Shown here in pieces: positions 34,200 through 46,900 of a DNA stretch of 64,000 nucleotides; position 1 is the first letter of the stretch; each line of letters opens with the position of its first letter. A program made the position numbers and the translations under genes. Origin of the DNA: Amoebophrya sp. A120 (Eukaryota > Protista > Dinoflagellata); assembly GCA_905178155.1 (NCBI GenBank), contig CAJINV010000007.1, positions 4,552,258-4,616,257 of the forward strand, written 5' to 3'. The notes under the pieces were generated by a model. It was not told where the DNA came from, searched no databases, and saw only the letters and a program-made list of their open reading frames with translations.

Positions 34200-36113
34200 T
34201 TATCCCTTTTTCAGGAACCCCAAGTAGACTGAAATGTCATCCGGCGTTCCCTTCTGCCAGCCGCAGCTACCGTCCCCGGCGTTGACGACTAATTGCAGCC
34301 CCTCCGCGTTGTAGCAGGCGTGGTACAGGTACTTAATGGAGTCGTCCCCGCTTTCGTTCGAGTACACTTCTGGTGGCTGCGCAAAGGGGTAGGCCATGTT
34401 CGCCACGCACGGTCCGGTCCACGTCGCTTTCGCCAAAGCCTCGCTGACCATGTACTCGCCTTCTCTCGGTTTGTCCTCTATGCCACCCAGGTTGATCCCC
34501 GGTTTGGTTAGCAGCAAGTTTTGTTCCTCCGTTAGCTTGAACGCATACTGCTCTTGTTCCTTCGCGGGGATGTTGAAGGGGCCGATCGAAAAAGGGTAGC
34601 CCGCCGCCAACCGGTTCAAGGGCCACTTCACGTTTTCCCGCAAGCGCACGTAGTGTGTGTCGTCGGAGCTGATGAAAATGGTGTCCGCGGTTTTGGCGAG
34701 GTCTTTTAGCTGCGTCCAGTTTTGGCAGGTCGGGTCGAGCATTTGACCCCCGGTTTGTGCCTCCGACTGGTCGCGGCCGAAAATGCAGACAAAGTCGTAC
34801 TTTTCCGTGTCGACTGCCAGGGGGGAACTAGCCTGCGACGCCTGGGACAACTGGGATTTCGGGGACAACGCGTCGAGGTTCTGCGGGTCGTGATCCAATT
34901 CCTGTTGCTCTGGGTCGTTAGCCGTCGTGGCATCTGCTCCGCCTAATGGAAGAGGAGAGAGTTTCTGCTCTTCCTTATCGTCCTCGCGATAGTTCCGCTG
35001 GAAAAACCAGCCGGGCGTCTGGTCGTCCTGTGGCTCGTTCATTTCGACTGCTTCTTTATCTTCCTGATTGTTGTTTAACGTCCTGATTTCCATCTCGCGA
35101 TACTTTCTTTGAAAAAACCAGCCGGGAACGCTCGTAGCGTGCGCTTTCAACACTTCTGCGTTGACCGAGCTGGCGTTGCTCCGGTTTGTGTCTATCGCAG
35201 CGGGGTTGGACGAGGACTCTTTTTGCGAAGTCTCCAAGTCCAGCGAGTTCATCAGGTCCGTGACAAAAATCGGGGGCGTTATCTTCATCACTGGGGACTT
35301 TGGCGGTACCGGGTAGTCGTGACGTGGCATTTTCTCATACCAGTCGTCCTTCCGAAGGATTTCGTCCTCCTCCTCCAACAGCGTGACGCGCGGGAGCTTC
35401 GGGCCGGATGGGGCTTCGTTCGGCATTTTAGAAGCAGTGCTCTCATCTACTTCGACCGGTGGCGTTGCAGGCTTCTCCGGGACGTAGCCGACTTCCCCGG
35501 GGTAAAAGGTGATTTTCGAAACCGGGTACTGGGGGTAAGCGGACTTTTTGCTCACAGTGGATTTCACACTCAAAGTTGGTGACAGGGGCGGCTGTTCTTG
35601 CTCTTGGTCGTGTACAGCTTGTTGCTGTTGTGCATCATATACATGCTGCTGGTCCGTTATTATATCTGGTTCGCCCGCCCCTGCTATAATTTCCGCCGGG
35701 GCGGAAGCTGATATCGCTTGTGCTTGTCCTGGCACTTGGCTCGTCGCACCACGAGTGGCTTCATCTTCCTCCTCTTCTCCCACCAGCGCCGTCCAGTTGT
35801 CCCTTGTCCGCAGCAAAGCCTCTTCCTCGTTGGCGAAGTTCCGTCTACCGCTTGGGCCGGCGCCCACTTCCCGGTCGTACAAGACGTTCTTGTACAGATT
35901 TTCCCGCTCCACGGCCAAGAAGTCGTCCAGTAATTTCTTCCGCTCCGCCGGGCCGTACAGCGCATCTAATACCGAAGCCTTCGGAGGAACGAAGTCGGAC
36001 GTCGCGTCCAGCGGACGGGCGAGCTCGTTGCGCAGCGACTCGCCCATCGTGGGGCCGTTCCACCCCGAAAGGCCCAACTCGTAGGTGGTCAGGGCTGTGA
36101 TAATTGTGTTCAT
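34200..36113 (-). CDS. Hypothetical protein (637 aa), duplicated PGWFFQR motif
   Basis: Long uninterrupted ORF with GC-rich third positions in the terminal domains; could be the last exon of the upstream gene. Confidence 0.75.
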   Translation of the reverse strand: MNTIITALTTYELGLSGWNGPTMGESLRNELARPLDATSDFVPPKASVLDALYGPAERKKLLDDFLAVERENLYKNVLYDREVGAGPSGRRNFANEEEALLRTRDNWTALVGEEEEDEATRGATSQVPGQAQAISASAPAEIIAGAGEPDIITDQQHVYDAQQQQAVHDQEQEQPPLSPTLSVKSTVSKKSAYPQYPVSKITFYPGEVGYVPEKPATPPVEVDESTASKMPNEAPSGPKLPRVTLLEEEDEILRKDDWYEKMPRHDYPVPPKSPVMKITPPIFVTDLMNSLDLETSQKESSSNPAAIDTNRSNASSVNAEVLKAHATSVPGWFFQRKYREMEIRTLNNNQEDKEAVEMNEPQDDQTPGWFFQRNYREDDKEEQKLSPLPLGGADATTANDPEQQELDHDPQNLDALSPKSQLSQASQASSPLAVDTEKYDFVCIFGRDQSEAQTGGQMLDPTCQNWTQLKDLAKTADTIFISSDDTHYVRLRENVKWPLNRLAAGYPFSIGPFNIPAKEQEQYAFKLTEEQNLLLTKPGINLGGIEDKPREGEYMVSEALAKATWTGPCVANMAYPFAQPPEVYSNESGDDSIKYLYHACYNAEGLQLVVNAGDGSCGWQKGTPDDISVYLGFLKKG

Positions 36114-36250
36114 GATTTTTTTGTTAGATTTGGAGCAGTGGCAGTACTAGAGCCGTCACCTTCATTTTTCTTTCTAGGCATGTTCGCTAATTTAGGTCGT
36201 GGTGCTTGCAACTAGTTCACGAAGATTGGCGCAAAAAGATTTTTACAGTC

Positions 36251-38853
36251 TCAGAAATTGAAATAGATACCTCTCGCCTCTTTCACCGGTGAATTGAGGA
36301 CGGTGTTGATGCCCATGAAATCTTCGTACAATGCTCTTTGGTGCTGGAGCTGCACGTTATGCGCTTCGCGTTTTAACCCGTCCATCTGCACGCGAATGTC
36401 CACCCGCTGCTGTTTCGACTGCTCCTTCAAGCCATCCAGTTCCTGCTGCATGGACTCGTTGTTCGCCTTGTGCAGCCGGAGAATCTGCGACTCCCGACTC
36501 GCGACGAGGTCGGACGTCTTCAGTCGCAAGTGGCTGTAGGGATCATTGTTCTGGTTTGCTGCTCGGCTCTGCAAGGGACTGTAGTGCCGGGCGTTTGTGA
36601 CCGGGAAGGGAGAGGAAGGTGCTGTTGGTAGTTGTCCTTTATTTATTATTCGGTCTCCCCCTGCTTGTTCCTCTTCGCGAAGACTTGCGATCGTACCCTG
36701 CAGCATGCTGTGGTACTCTTCCTGCATTTGGCCGTCCCGAGCCAACGCCGAGCCAAATTTTGGGTAGGCGTCCGGAAACCGCTCGTGGTGAAAGAACGAA
36801 ACCTTCGGCGGCCCGACGGTCGTATCAACAAACGGGGGCCGCAGGTTCACGTAGTCGTTCTCCCACTCGTCGCGCAACTTCTCGTACTCCAACTGCCTTT
36901 TCTCGGTACTCACATCGTAGGGTCGCTGGTCGTTCACGTCCCGGCCCATCGGCTTGGACTCCGACCGCATGTCGCTGTCGGTCACGACGTTGAACTCGTT
37001 TCGCAGGTACAAATCTGCCTCCGACGGCGGGGAGTGCAGAACCTTCGTGTTCCCCCGGGAGGGCGGCGGGGTCCCGTCCGGCGTTTTCTGTACGTTATTG
37101 GCCTTCTTCCAGGCTGCCCACTCCGCGTCAATGTCGATCTTTTTCTTCTTTGTGCTGGATGCGGCGGTCTTGTGCTGGTGCTGCGTTGGTGATGAAGTAG
37201 ATGTGTTGCTGGTTTTTGACGCCGGCCCCTTTGTTGGCGTAGTAGTTGCACTAGTCTTGCTCTTTCTGCTCGCGGAAGGACCTCCGCTCGCTGTAGCTAC
37301 CATGGGAGAAAGAGACGATGCAAACGCGTTATTATTTCCCGGCTTCCCTTGCTCAACACCTGTGGACGTTTGCGTGTTTTTCCCTTTCCGCATCTCCATC
37401 TCGTACTTCCGGACCATTTCCTCGCGTTCGAGCACGATTTTTCGGTCCAGCTGCTCTTGCTCCTGCTTCTCCCGGTGCTTTTCCAGTTCCTTGCGCAGGC
37501 GCTTCTCCTGGATCTGCCGACTCAGCTCCGTCTGGAGCTCTTTCTGCACGATCTGCGACCGTTTCGGGCTGCTGTACACCCCCAACCCGGCGAACAAGCC
37601 CGGGCCGAACTCCTTCCCCGGCCCGGCAAACATCTGCACCTGGAAGTCGTCCCGCGTGTTGCGATTCTCGAACGGGTCAAACGTCCTGCGGTTCTGGTTC
37701 TGGTGCGCGAAGGAGGTCTTCGGCGAGTGACTGCGGGGAGACCGGGACCGCGGGGACTGCGGTCGGGAGGCGTTCTGGACTTGTTGATACTGCTCTTCAT
37801 ACGTGTACAGATTTTGCACCATTTGCTGGTCTACTTCTACCCCACCTCCGGCTGGCGACAAAGGTCTTGCGGACGCCGGCCCGGGAGCAGGGGAGTGATA
37901 CTGACTACCGCCCCCGTATTCGCTGTTGCTGTATACCGCCTCCTTGCTGCTATCGTAGGGCCGCCCGGCCGGAATGTCGCCCTCGGTGAGCAGGGGGGAA
38001 ATTTTGTACCCCCGGTCCCGGTTGTTCCAGCCTCGGTTGTGTTTGAACCCGTCTTCGGGCGAGGCTTGTAGGTGTTGCTTTTCCAACTCGATTTCCCTCC
38101 TTCGCTGCTCCTTCTCCTTCTTCTTTTTCTCCGCGATCTGTCGCTCCAGCTCCAACCGGTACAGCTGCTGCTTTTTCGCCAGCAGATCCGCTTGCACGTT
38201 GGACATGGAAGGGGAGGCCGGGTTCACCGGCAGGGCGCCAGGCACGTGGCGGTTGGAGGAGGTGCCGTAGGTGGAGCCGATTTGAGACCTGTGAGGTATG
38301 TAATGGTAAAATATTGGTAAAATGACCGTTTTTTTTACTTACTATGTTTTGCCGTGGCCGGCGTGTGGTGGTCATTTTCGCCCTTTGATTTACGTTTTTT
38401 ACTCGCAAGATATTAGAGCTGCATTTTGATTTTTCATTTTTGCGTTCATGATTCTAATTCTGCAACAAGTTTGAAACACAAACAGTGTCGAGAAACACAT
38501 TCATCTATGTACCTTCGCATCGTGTTGCTAAACGCCAAATCCGTGTTTTCGCCCTTGGGCCGGGGCCTGGGCGACTGCGTGTGGATTCCAAGCTCCATGA
38601 TCCCGCCGCGACCCTGCCACTGCTGCTTCCGGAGGTCGTCCTCCAGTTCTAATCTGTACCGGTCGAGCGAATCTGGGTTTTGTTGGTCTAGCTCGGAGCC
38701 CGCAATGAAGGTCATTTTGCTGTGGTGTTGATGCTCCCCGGGAGGCGCTGGAGAGCGAGAGCTCGTCGTGTTTTTGCTGGCAGAGTTGTTGTACACATGC
38801 CCGCGACGCGGCGTATACCGCGTCCAAGGCTGGCTACTCGAAGCGCTGTGCAT
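36251..38853 (-). CDS. Coiled-coil protein with CCDC66/CSPP1-like charged motifs
   Basis: YRLELERQIAEKKKKEKEQRRRE and ELQTELSRQIQEKRLRKELEK repeats; ORFs 38446-38853 and 36251-38245 joined by phase-2 GT..AG intron 38289-38512. Confidence 0.65.
38289..38512 (-). other. Predicted canonical GT-AG intron
   Basis: AG|GTACAT donor and CACAG| acceptor, matching phase. Confidence 0.6.
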
Positions 38854-39824
38854 AGTTGACTCGTCTATGACAATGATTCGTCAGTGCTTTATTTTCAGGG
38901 TACATGACAGGACACGACGAGATGAGCGTGATCCTGCTTCTGTGAGAGCGTCATAAGCACTGCTCTTGCAGCTCAACTTAGATGCTAGAAGCAGTGGTCG
39001 CTACGTGGCAGTGGTTGGATTGAATGTCAAAGGGTAGGTGCGCCTTTTTGGAGAAACAACAAGGGGATCATGTTCGTATATTTCAGTGAAGCTGAGTGCC
39101 GGGAAAAAAGTTACCCAAAAATGGCTTTACTTTTATTTAGAAGTGAGCCCAGGAAGATTTGGGCTGCTTGTTCAGTGTATCAAAAACAACGACGCAACGG
39201 CTTGGCACGACTAGCTTTTGAACGATGAATTTATTTATTGGACGAAACAGAAACTATCTTTTGCACGACATGATAAATGTCCGAATTTGTCTTTGCACGA
39301 CCAGCACGGTGAGACCAATCTGAAAGACTTAGACTTGCAAAAATGGAGCTCGGGTTCACTTTTTAACTTTTGTAGTTAGTAGTACGTTACCGTTTGCAAT
39401 GAAAAAAGTTATTTTGGTAAACAGAAACTTCAACAGCCTGCGCGCTTCGGCACCGACAAGGGCCACTTCGGCACCGACATGTCAATCTAAGGCTGACCGG
39501 CCGACCGAAAAGAGGAGCGAGTTGTGTAGTGCTCAGTGCGACCCACTGTTTTTACAACCGAAAAAATGAGTGGAGCGGCTTCCCAGCTCGTTCGCAAACA
39601 CTTCCAAGAGGACTCAGACCAAAGGACAAAAATGACAGAGCAACCGAAAGATGAACGTGGTGGAGAGAGCATAGCTGTTGCAGATTCGGCACATGAAAAA
39701 ACAGCACAGGTTTTGTTTCGATTTCAGCTCACCGCTGGATACATATTTTCGCTTCTTTTTATTTCTGCACCTGTCGCTGTAAGATTTCTAGAAATATGAA
39801 GATTTTGCGCAAAAAAAGTCCTCT

Positions 39825-40490
39825 TCACACAAAACTGCGAACGTATTTGATTCCTTTCGCCTTCAACAAGTGATGTCCGGACTCTACATGTTCCCCGCCC
39901 AGACTGTGGATCAAGTGTTCGGGTCTCCTAAGCCCGCGATTCCGCATGTCCTGGTTGTGCACGGAACTCATGTTGCAGTACTTTGCCCGGTATCAAATGC
40001 AAAAATGTCTGGGCCTGGAACTTTGCTCGACTTGTCATCCAGGTTTTCCATGACCCATGTGATCTGTAACGCAGAACCTAGCATAACAGATTTCGCGAGA
40101 TCACTGTCATGCCTGTCCTGCATTGGAAATTGCCTCTCAACTTAATCAAAAGTGGGTAGCATTTGGTAATCACGCAACACAGATTTTTGCGTGGTTCAGA
40201 TTTAGCATGACAAGTTCCAACCTTCCAGACCCAGACATTTTTGCAATTCATACCCGGTCCCGGTCCGGCCGCAGGTTCCCGGGCGTTTGCGGATACCGCG
40301 GAAATCCGTACCGATCCAGATGCGCCGGGTGCGTAAACCGGCTCGCTTCCTGGAAGGGCTGATTGCACAGCCACTCCGAGATAGACTTGTCCTCCCAGTC
40401 CCACGTGTTTTTTTTGTACTTCCGGAGCCGCTTGCACCAATTTTCCCGGTGCCCGGGGCGGATGAAAAGAACACGGGATGAGTGGAGCAT
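39825..40490 (-). CDS. Small basic protein (132 aa), possibly mitochondrion-targeted
   Basis: MLHSSRVLFIRPGHRENW...DRDR|AKYCNM...YVRSFV* after removing introner 39991-40252 plus 5 bp. Confidence 0.65.
39991..40252. mobile_element. Introner, family A (inverted relative to 932-1310)
   Basis: TSD CCCGG; reverse complement aligns end to end with 932-1310 minus its insert. Confidence 0.93.
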
Positions 40491-41038
40491 GATTGGGTGG
40501 AAGAAGTACTAGTTCCAAAATGTTAATAGAAACTGCACGAGGAAGGAGCGTTCATGATCGCGGAACTTGCGAAAGATAGAACAAAAAACGTTATTACTCA
40601 ACTTGAAGATCATCTACATCCCAGCTTGTAACTCCACCAAGGAAGGAAAGCCAGGAGGATGCAGCAAACACAATTGTCTGACGCGGTGTAGTGTTGAAGA
40701 AAATGAACAAAATGAAAATGTTGGGGTGGTGCGCGTTGCCGTTGGCTGTAGTACAGACATAAAACGAAAAACCAATGAACACCACTTCATTTGCAGCAAG
40801 CGGCACCACTTCATCTAACCCAGCGTTTACGTCGCTTCCTCCCCGCGATTTTGCTTTGTGTGATTCATTCCATGTACTGTCCAATGAGAAATCGACTAGT
40901 CCACTTCGTGCGCGTGGTTGGCCGTGGATACTGTATTTTTCGAAAGTTTATTCCGTTTTCGTTCCCCCGGAAAAAAAAAAAACTAGAACTAGGAAAAGGA
41001 AAAACCGAAATCGCGACTCAACTTCTAAATCTTGAGTT

Positions 41039-43057
41039 TTACTTCTTTGCCTCCTCAACCACAGCCACGGTTTCCCGTCCATCATCTGCTGGCTGATCCT
41101 CTACAGCGACACCCCCCGAAAGCTCAATTTTCGTCACTTGGTACTCCACCAGGGCCGTCTGTAAATCGCTGAGCACCCGAGTGGTCGAAGAGGATTTTAA
41201 GAAGGGGAGCACCACACTCTCCTCCGCGGGTTGGATACTTTCGTAGTTGTTCACGCCCAGGAGCTTGATGAAGAAGTCTTCCAGCTGCACCAGATCCTGC
41301 ACGCTGGCCAGCAGGGTGGTGCCGAGCAACACGAGGTCGAGACAGTCGATCAGGGATTCCAGGAAATTCAGGTCGATGCCGATCTTCTGTTCCTCTGTGG
41401 AAGAGATCTTTTTGCTAGTTGTACTCTTGGACGAAGTTGTTGCGGTTTTATTTTCCGTTGTTCCATTTGTATTTGATGCCGAGTTTTGGTTTCTTTCATC
41501 TGCCGGCGACGTTGACGCGTCTTCTTCTGCGGTTCCAGTTTGTAGTTCTCCGGTCGTCGCATTGTTTGCCGAGAACAGATATGCATTGCAAAAGTATCGC
41601 ACTCGTATCAATCTATTTCTATAAATGCATTACAAATTTCCCCAGCATGAGAACTGGACTTTGTCATGCTGTTTTACCTTAAGGACAAGATTTGTCATGC
41701 ATAGTTGCAATTAGTACGAGTACGCTACTTTTGCACAGGATAACAGAATTGTAGCAGTTTTCGCAAATGCCACGCTGTTCTCAATCAGACGCAGAATCTC
41801 CGGCGCAAGCTTGTTCTGCGGAGAGGAAAAGGACTTATTCGAAAGTCGGGCGTTGTCCGCTTCAACAACGGCGGTTTGATGTTCGTCACCGTCAGCAGGT
41901 TGATCTTCACTTCGACTTCCTGTCATGCCTTGCTGATTGTTTCCGGCGGCGGGCGTCGTAATGATTTCCTGCTGCATGCGTTTGCGCGCCCGAAACATCG
42001 CCGCTTTTCTCGCTTTCCGCAGGGCGATGTCTTTCAGCGCCAGCAGCGCGTTCTGCAGGGAGAACACGGATTCGTCCACACTCATGTCCCGTAATTCGTC
42101 CTGAAACGTCAACAGCATGTCGTGGGAGCTGCGCGAATCGAGCTGCGCCAGCTTCTATCAAATGTAAAAATGTCTGGGTCTGGAAGAATCCAACTTGTCA
42201 TGCTGATTTTGGATTCTAAAAAAATCTGTATTGCATGAGCAGCAAAGAGAGTCCAAGTTTTGCTACACGGAAAGAGCATTTGTCATGCAGTATAGGCATC
42301 AGGAAGCCCTCACAAAAACTGTGATGCTAGGGCATGCATCAGAGACATCAGGAGTCATGCAAAATGTGCATGACAAACTTGGCAATCTTCCAGACCCAGA
42401 CATTTTTACATTTGATAGCTTCGGGCAGACCACGTCCAGCGGCTGGTCGCGGTACTTGTGTCGCTGCACCGTCTTCGTCTTGGTGTACTCCAAAAATGCC
42501 CGGTCGTTGTCCACGTAACCAATGCTGGCGGGGTTTGCATCCGCGATATCCTTCCGGAGGATTTGCAAGCCGGACCGCTGGGAATAGGCGGCTTGCGGCG
42601 ACGCATTCTGCATCTTCAGCATTTTCGCAGCATCGGACGTGGACAGTGATGCGAATTCCGGTACGTGGCTTATGTCGTTTTGATGAACTTGAAGTTGAGG
42701 AGAGTTCGGATTTGTCTCCACGACCGCGTTTTCCTTGCTTAAAGGCCCGTCCTTCTCCTTGTCCGGTTGAACCTGCTCTGGAGTATTTGTAATCGTCAGA
42801 TCCGTCCCGAAAGGGTTCGCGTTCTGCCGCTTTTTGCGTACGAGCGCCTTGTGCTTGATCGCGTCCCGGTCCCGAAGAACCGCGAGCGTGTTGTGGTCCA
42901 TGGCAAGCGCACCATCACCGACGGTGTCATCGCGTCGCTCTTGCTGTTGGGCGCCAAAAAGAGGGACTCCACTTCCCTTGTTGTGCAACCGGTTTTCTTG
43001 ACTGTTGTAATCTTCCTCCTCATCAGGGCTCAGGATCCGGACACTTGTGCTCTGCAT
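41039..43057 (-). CDS. Hypothetical protein, 3 exons
   Basis: ORFs 42299-43057, 41711-42118 and 41039-41611 join in frame after removing two introners. Confidence 0.7.
41580..41742. mobile_element. Introner, family B
   Basis: TSD ACAGA; joins TIL|FSANN. Confidence 0.92.
42156..42417. mobile_element. Introner, family A
   Basis: TSD GCTTC; joins VCPK|LAQLDS. Confidence 0.93.
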
Positions 43058-43951
43058 TTTACTTTTATGCGAGGTGAATGAAGATGTAGTTGTAGATGAA
43101 TCTTAAATGGCAATGAATGAAATCAGATGTTGTTGACCAGAACAGGGGAACAAACAGGGGAAGGGAAAATTTCAATCGAATTACAAGTACTGTAGATAGA
43201 ACGTGCTGCAACCTTAAAAGAGAAAACCAACCTAGTATTGTCTGTGGCAACACAAACGAGGGGAGAAATTGTAGTGAGAGGAATTATGATTCACAAGGGA
43301 GCGCGATGTAGTTGTAGCCTGACAGCTTCATGCAAGAACGCGACTCACCTCTCTTTATAAATGAGTTCGGGATTTGAAGCTATTACACGGAAACGGAAAC
43401 GACGATGTAGCCGACCGATACTACTGCACAACGACACCATGACCGAGAAAGAAAACACGGCCATCACGACTTTTCATCTTCGCTGATCGGACCGAAGCGG
43501 GCAGAAGTGCGTACCTACCGAAACCGAGAGTTTCATCATTTTTGCGCATTAAGCCGATCGCTTCTTGTTCTTCTTCTTGTTTAATACGCGTCTAACAACC
43601 ACCGAGCGTCGATTCATCAAAGTGTCTCCGACGTTCTTTCTGACCGAATCATCAGGAGCATGATCAGGATGTCTTCTGCATATTTATACGAATGTGCAGC
43701 TGTGCTGACCGATACTGGTTTTCAACGCAGATGATGAATATCAAACTCGGAATATCATCAACAGCATACACGAACTACGAGGACCACGCACGGTTCATAT
43801 CGTCATGGAATAGGAGCCCAGTGGTACTAGCAGGCGCAACCTCAGCGGTGGTCGTGTTCATGCCTGACAGCTACTGAAAGTGCAACATCTTTATAACTTA
43901 TGTGACAACTTCAACAACAGCTTTTACGCGTGGCTGTTTCATCAATCATCT

Positions 43952-46900
43952 TCATACTGAAGCTTCAGTGTTGGAAAGCAGTCCAGGCAACTCCCGTCCG
44001 AACCAGTCAAACGTGTAGTTTGTGCTTGCTCGTGCGTAGGCTGACTCTAGCATTGCTTCCATTGTTTGCCGGTCGCTGAGAAGATTTTTCTGGTGCACAA
44101 GCATGTCCTCGTTTTGACGATCTGGATAATCGTCCCCACCACCACCAGCCTGTAGCTCTATCCTCTCTCCTGAACTAGAACCAAAGATACTCTCACTGAC
44201 CCACCGCGCGATTGCGACCGCCTCGTTGATGTTCAAGACGTAAAGAAAATCCTCCCCGGGGGTGAAAAACTGCTCGAAGACGTTCCAGTGATCGAACAAC
44301 ACCAAGTTCAAACACCTTCCCATCGCAGCTTCAAAGCCCCGGGCCTTCAGCTGCGGCAGCCGGGCCACGGGAAGGCCGGAGGGGTAGCCGAGGAGGGGGA
44401 GTTGGAATGTCGTGCGAATTTGTTCCTCATCGTTCGGAGCCTCTCTGACTGCGAAAGTACTAGAACTGTGCGTACCCCCGTAATTTTCTTCTTTGAAAGA
44501 GGCTTTTTTTGGGCCGGTATTTGCGCTTCTGCGGCTCCTTTTGCTGAGGAGTATCGTCCTTTCTATCAGTTTGGCGAAAGTAAAATCATGATGGCGCAAG
44601 GTGTCATGGTCCTCCAAGCTCGGGAGCTGTTGCGATTCTTGAGTGCTGGAGACGGAAGCATCATCATCGACAACGGCCACGCCACCTTCTTCAGGTTGTG
44701 ATTTCTCAGAAGTACCACTTAGCCGCACGAAATCTGCCAGCAGTGGATTGGACAATACACGGCCAGCAGAAGTGCCCGGAGTAGCTGTAGCTCGGTCGTT
44801 CTCTTCCTGCCTTTGCTTTGCACTAGCACCGTCCCGCCCACCTGAAGCTGCAGGTGGTGGTCGCGCTCTTCTCAGCAACGAGCCGACCCATTTCGTCAGA
44901 AACTGTGTCTCCCTCGGCTCGACGGCGATCAGATTGTGGGTGAAACAGGTCTTCGCCTTGCCATACAAACGAAGTTTGCTCTCGTAGGAATGCTCCGCGT
45001 TTTTAGCTTCCACTTCAGCACGATCAACATCAGGTTGCTCTTGATGTAGCAGTAGCCCTCGTCTATCTGAAGAGTCTGCTTGATCGTGATCGCCATCTAC
45101 AGCAATTGTCGTCGTGTGGTCATCTACAGCAACTGCACTGGATCTCGACTGTTGCTTGGAAACACGACCCTCCTCGCTTCCCGATTGATGTTCATCCAGC
45201 AGTGCCTTCGGATGGAAATGTAAGTCGATGTTGAGGCGTTCCCGAAAGTTCCGCTTTAAAGCGTCCACGCCTGTGGCTTCCTCAGACTCAGTGTTGTCGT
45301 TCATATCTCGATTGTCCTCATTTTGGTCCGTCTCCGGACGAGAACCGAAACCAGGTGCAGTAGCGGGACCAACTACACCTGGCATTCGCATGTACTTCTC
45401 CGCCAGCAGCTCCTGATTGTGCCCAAAGAGCAGGAAACTGATCGGCTGAGGACGCTGACGGTCACTCTTGGTGCTGACTACCTTTATAGGCTCACCTCCT
45501 TTTCTGCTTGTCGTCACCGGCGGCATGGGAACAAACAGCTCCGACTGCATTTCCCCCATACTGTTTCCAACATACAGCAAGTCTATCGGACGGTCTTCGC
45601 GGAGAAAGGAGACCATCTTCTTTCGATCTTCAACTTCATGCGAATGCGATTCTTTTCCTTGTTGTTGAAACACGTTCTTGGTCATCAGAGGCATCTGGAA
45701 AAATCTCGGCTTGTTCGCTAGGCTCGTGGTGCTGCTGCGAAGCTCTGTAGTTCTATCTGTGGCGGCTACGTGGCCTTCCTGGTTTTCACCCGCCGTCAAA
45801 AACCGATGAAAGTACGGGCACACGGTGACTACGGCCGTCGGATAGAAGTTTATCTCATGCAGGAGCGTCTGAAACGGTTTTTGCATCAGCTTCAAAAAGT
45901 TCCGGCGGAGAGTGCCCTGGATGGTGTTCAGGTACGCAAGCCAGGGGTTCAGTCGCACCCGATCCGGATTTTGTGCAACGATGTTTGCTTTTTGGTCTAT
46001 GCTCTTCCGCGGCTGTCCTTTATCTACTGCCGAGGAAAGGGTACTACTGGTGCCGTCGTAGTAGTCAAACAGCTCCAGCCGGCCTCTCGCGATATGCTGT
46101 GCGGGGCTGTCTGTAGTTCTACTACCTGCCGTCTTCAATACGACCACTCTGTCGGCGTTATCCTTGCCGACGGGCACTCCGGCACCCACGAACGCCAAAG
46201 CAGACTCTCGATGGACAAACGGGTGGAACTGGTCCAGCTGTTTTCGCTGCGCGGCCAGCAAAAGCGCGTTGTTGTGGAAGTCTTGGGTCGTGAGGGCAAA
46301 AAGGTTTTTATCGGTGACAGGCAGAAACGGCCGAATCTTTGAAGTACTTCCAATGTGATGTCGCTGGCCGTTTTGTTGAGAAGCAACGACCGTCAGAGGT
46401 TCAAGGTTCAGATTAGTTGGGGCCGCGTTCTCGCTGCTATGATCATCCGTCCTTGCCACCTCGACGACCTCCAGCTCCGAGGCCCGTGATTTCAAGTGAC
46501 GTTCCTCCGCACGACCAAGCTCCTGGCTTCTCGTATCTTCGCTTGTGGCTTTCAAAATAGCCATGTCGATGATGTCCGCCACTTTTCCACCGGCACTTGG
46601 TGGTTTTGCAGCTTTTAACATTTCGGTCGTATTTTGATTTTCATCTCTGTGGTCCTCCCATTCCCAGGCCCACAGCGCCGGTTGCGGAATTTCGTAGTCC
46701 AAGACTACTCTATGGGTGAACATATGGCCTGGAAGATGTAGAGATCCGCCAGCCCTTCTTGTTGAAAACGTTGCAAACAGGCGCTGCAAGTATTCCAGAT
46801 CCGGGGCTGAAAACTGAGGCTGTCCGACGATGTCGGTTCCCGATAGGAAGACCATCAGCTCCTGCACGCACTGCATCCAAGCGAAATTTCCGATCGTGAT

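Noticed and set aside
36114-36290. Joining ORFs 36251-38245 and 34200-36113 by an intron
   Set aside because: The best-looking donor and acceptor are out of phase; an alternative donor is possible but unsupported, so they are left as separate genes
39114-39130. AGCCATTTTTGG on the minus strand resembling a dinoflagellate spliced-leader relic
   Set aside because: Only about half of the 22-nt leader matches, with an indel; compatible with chance
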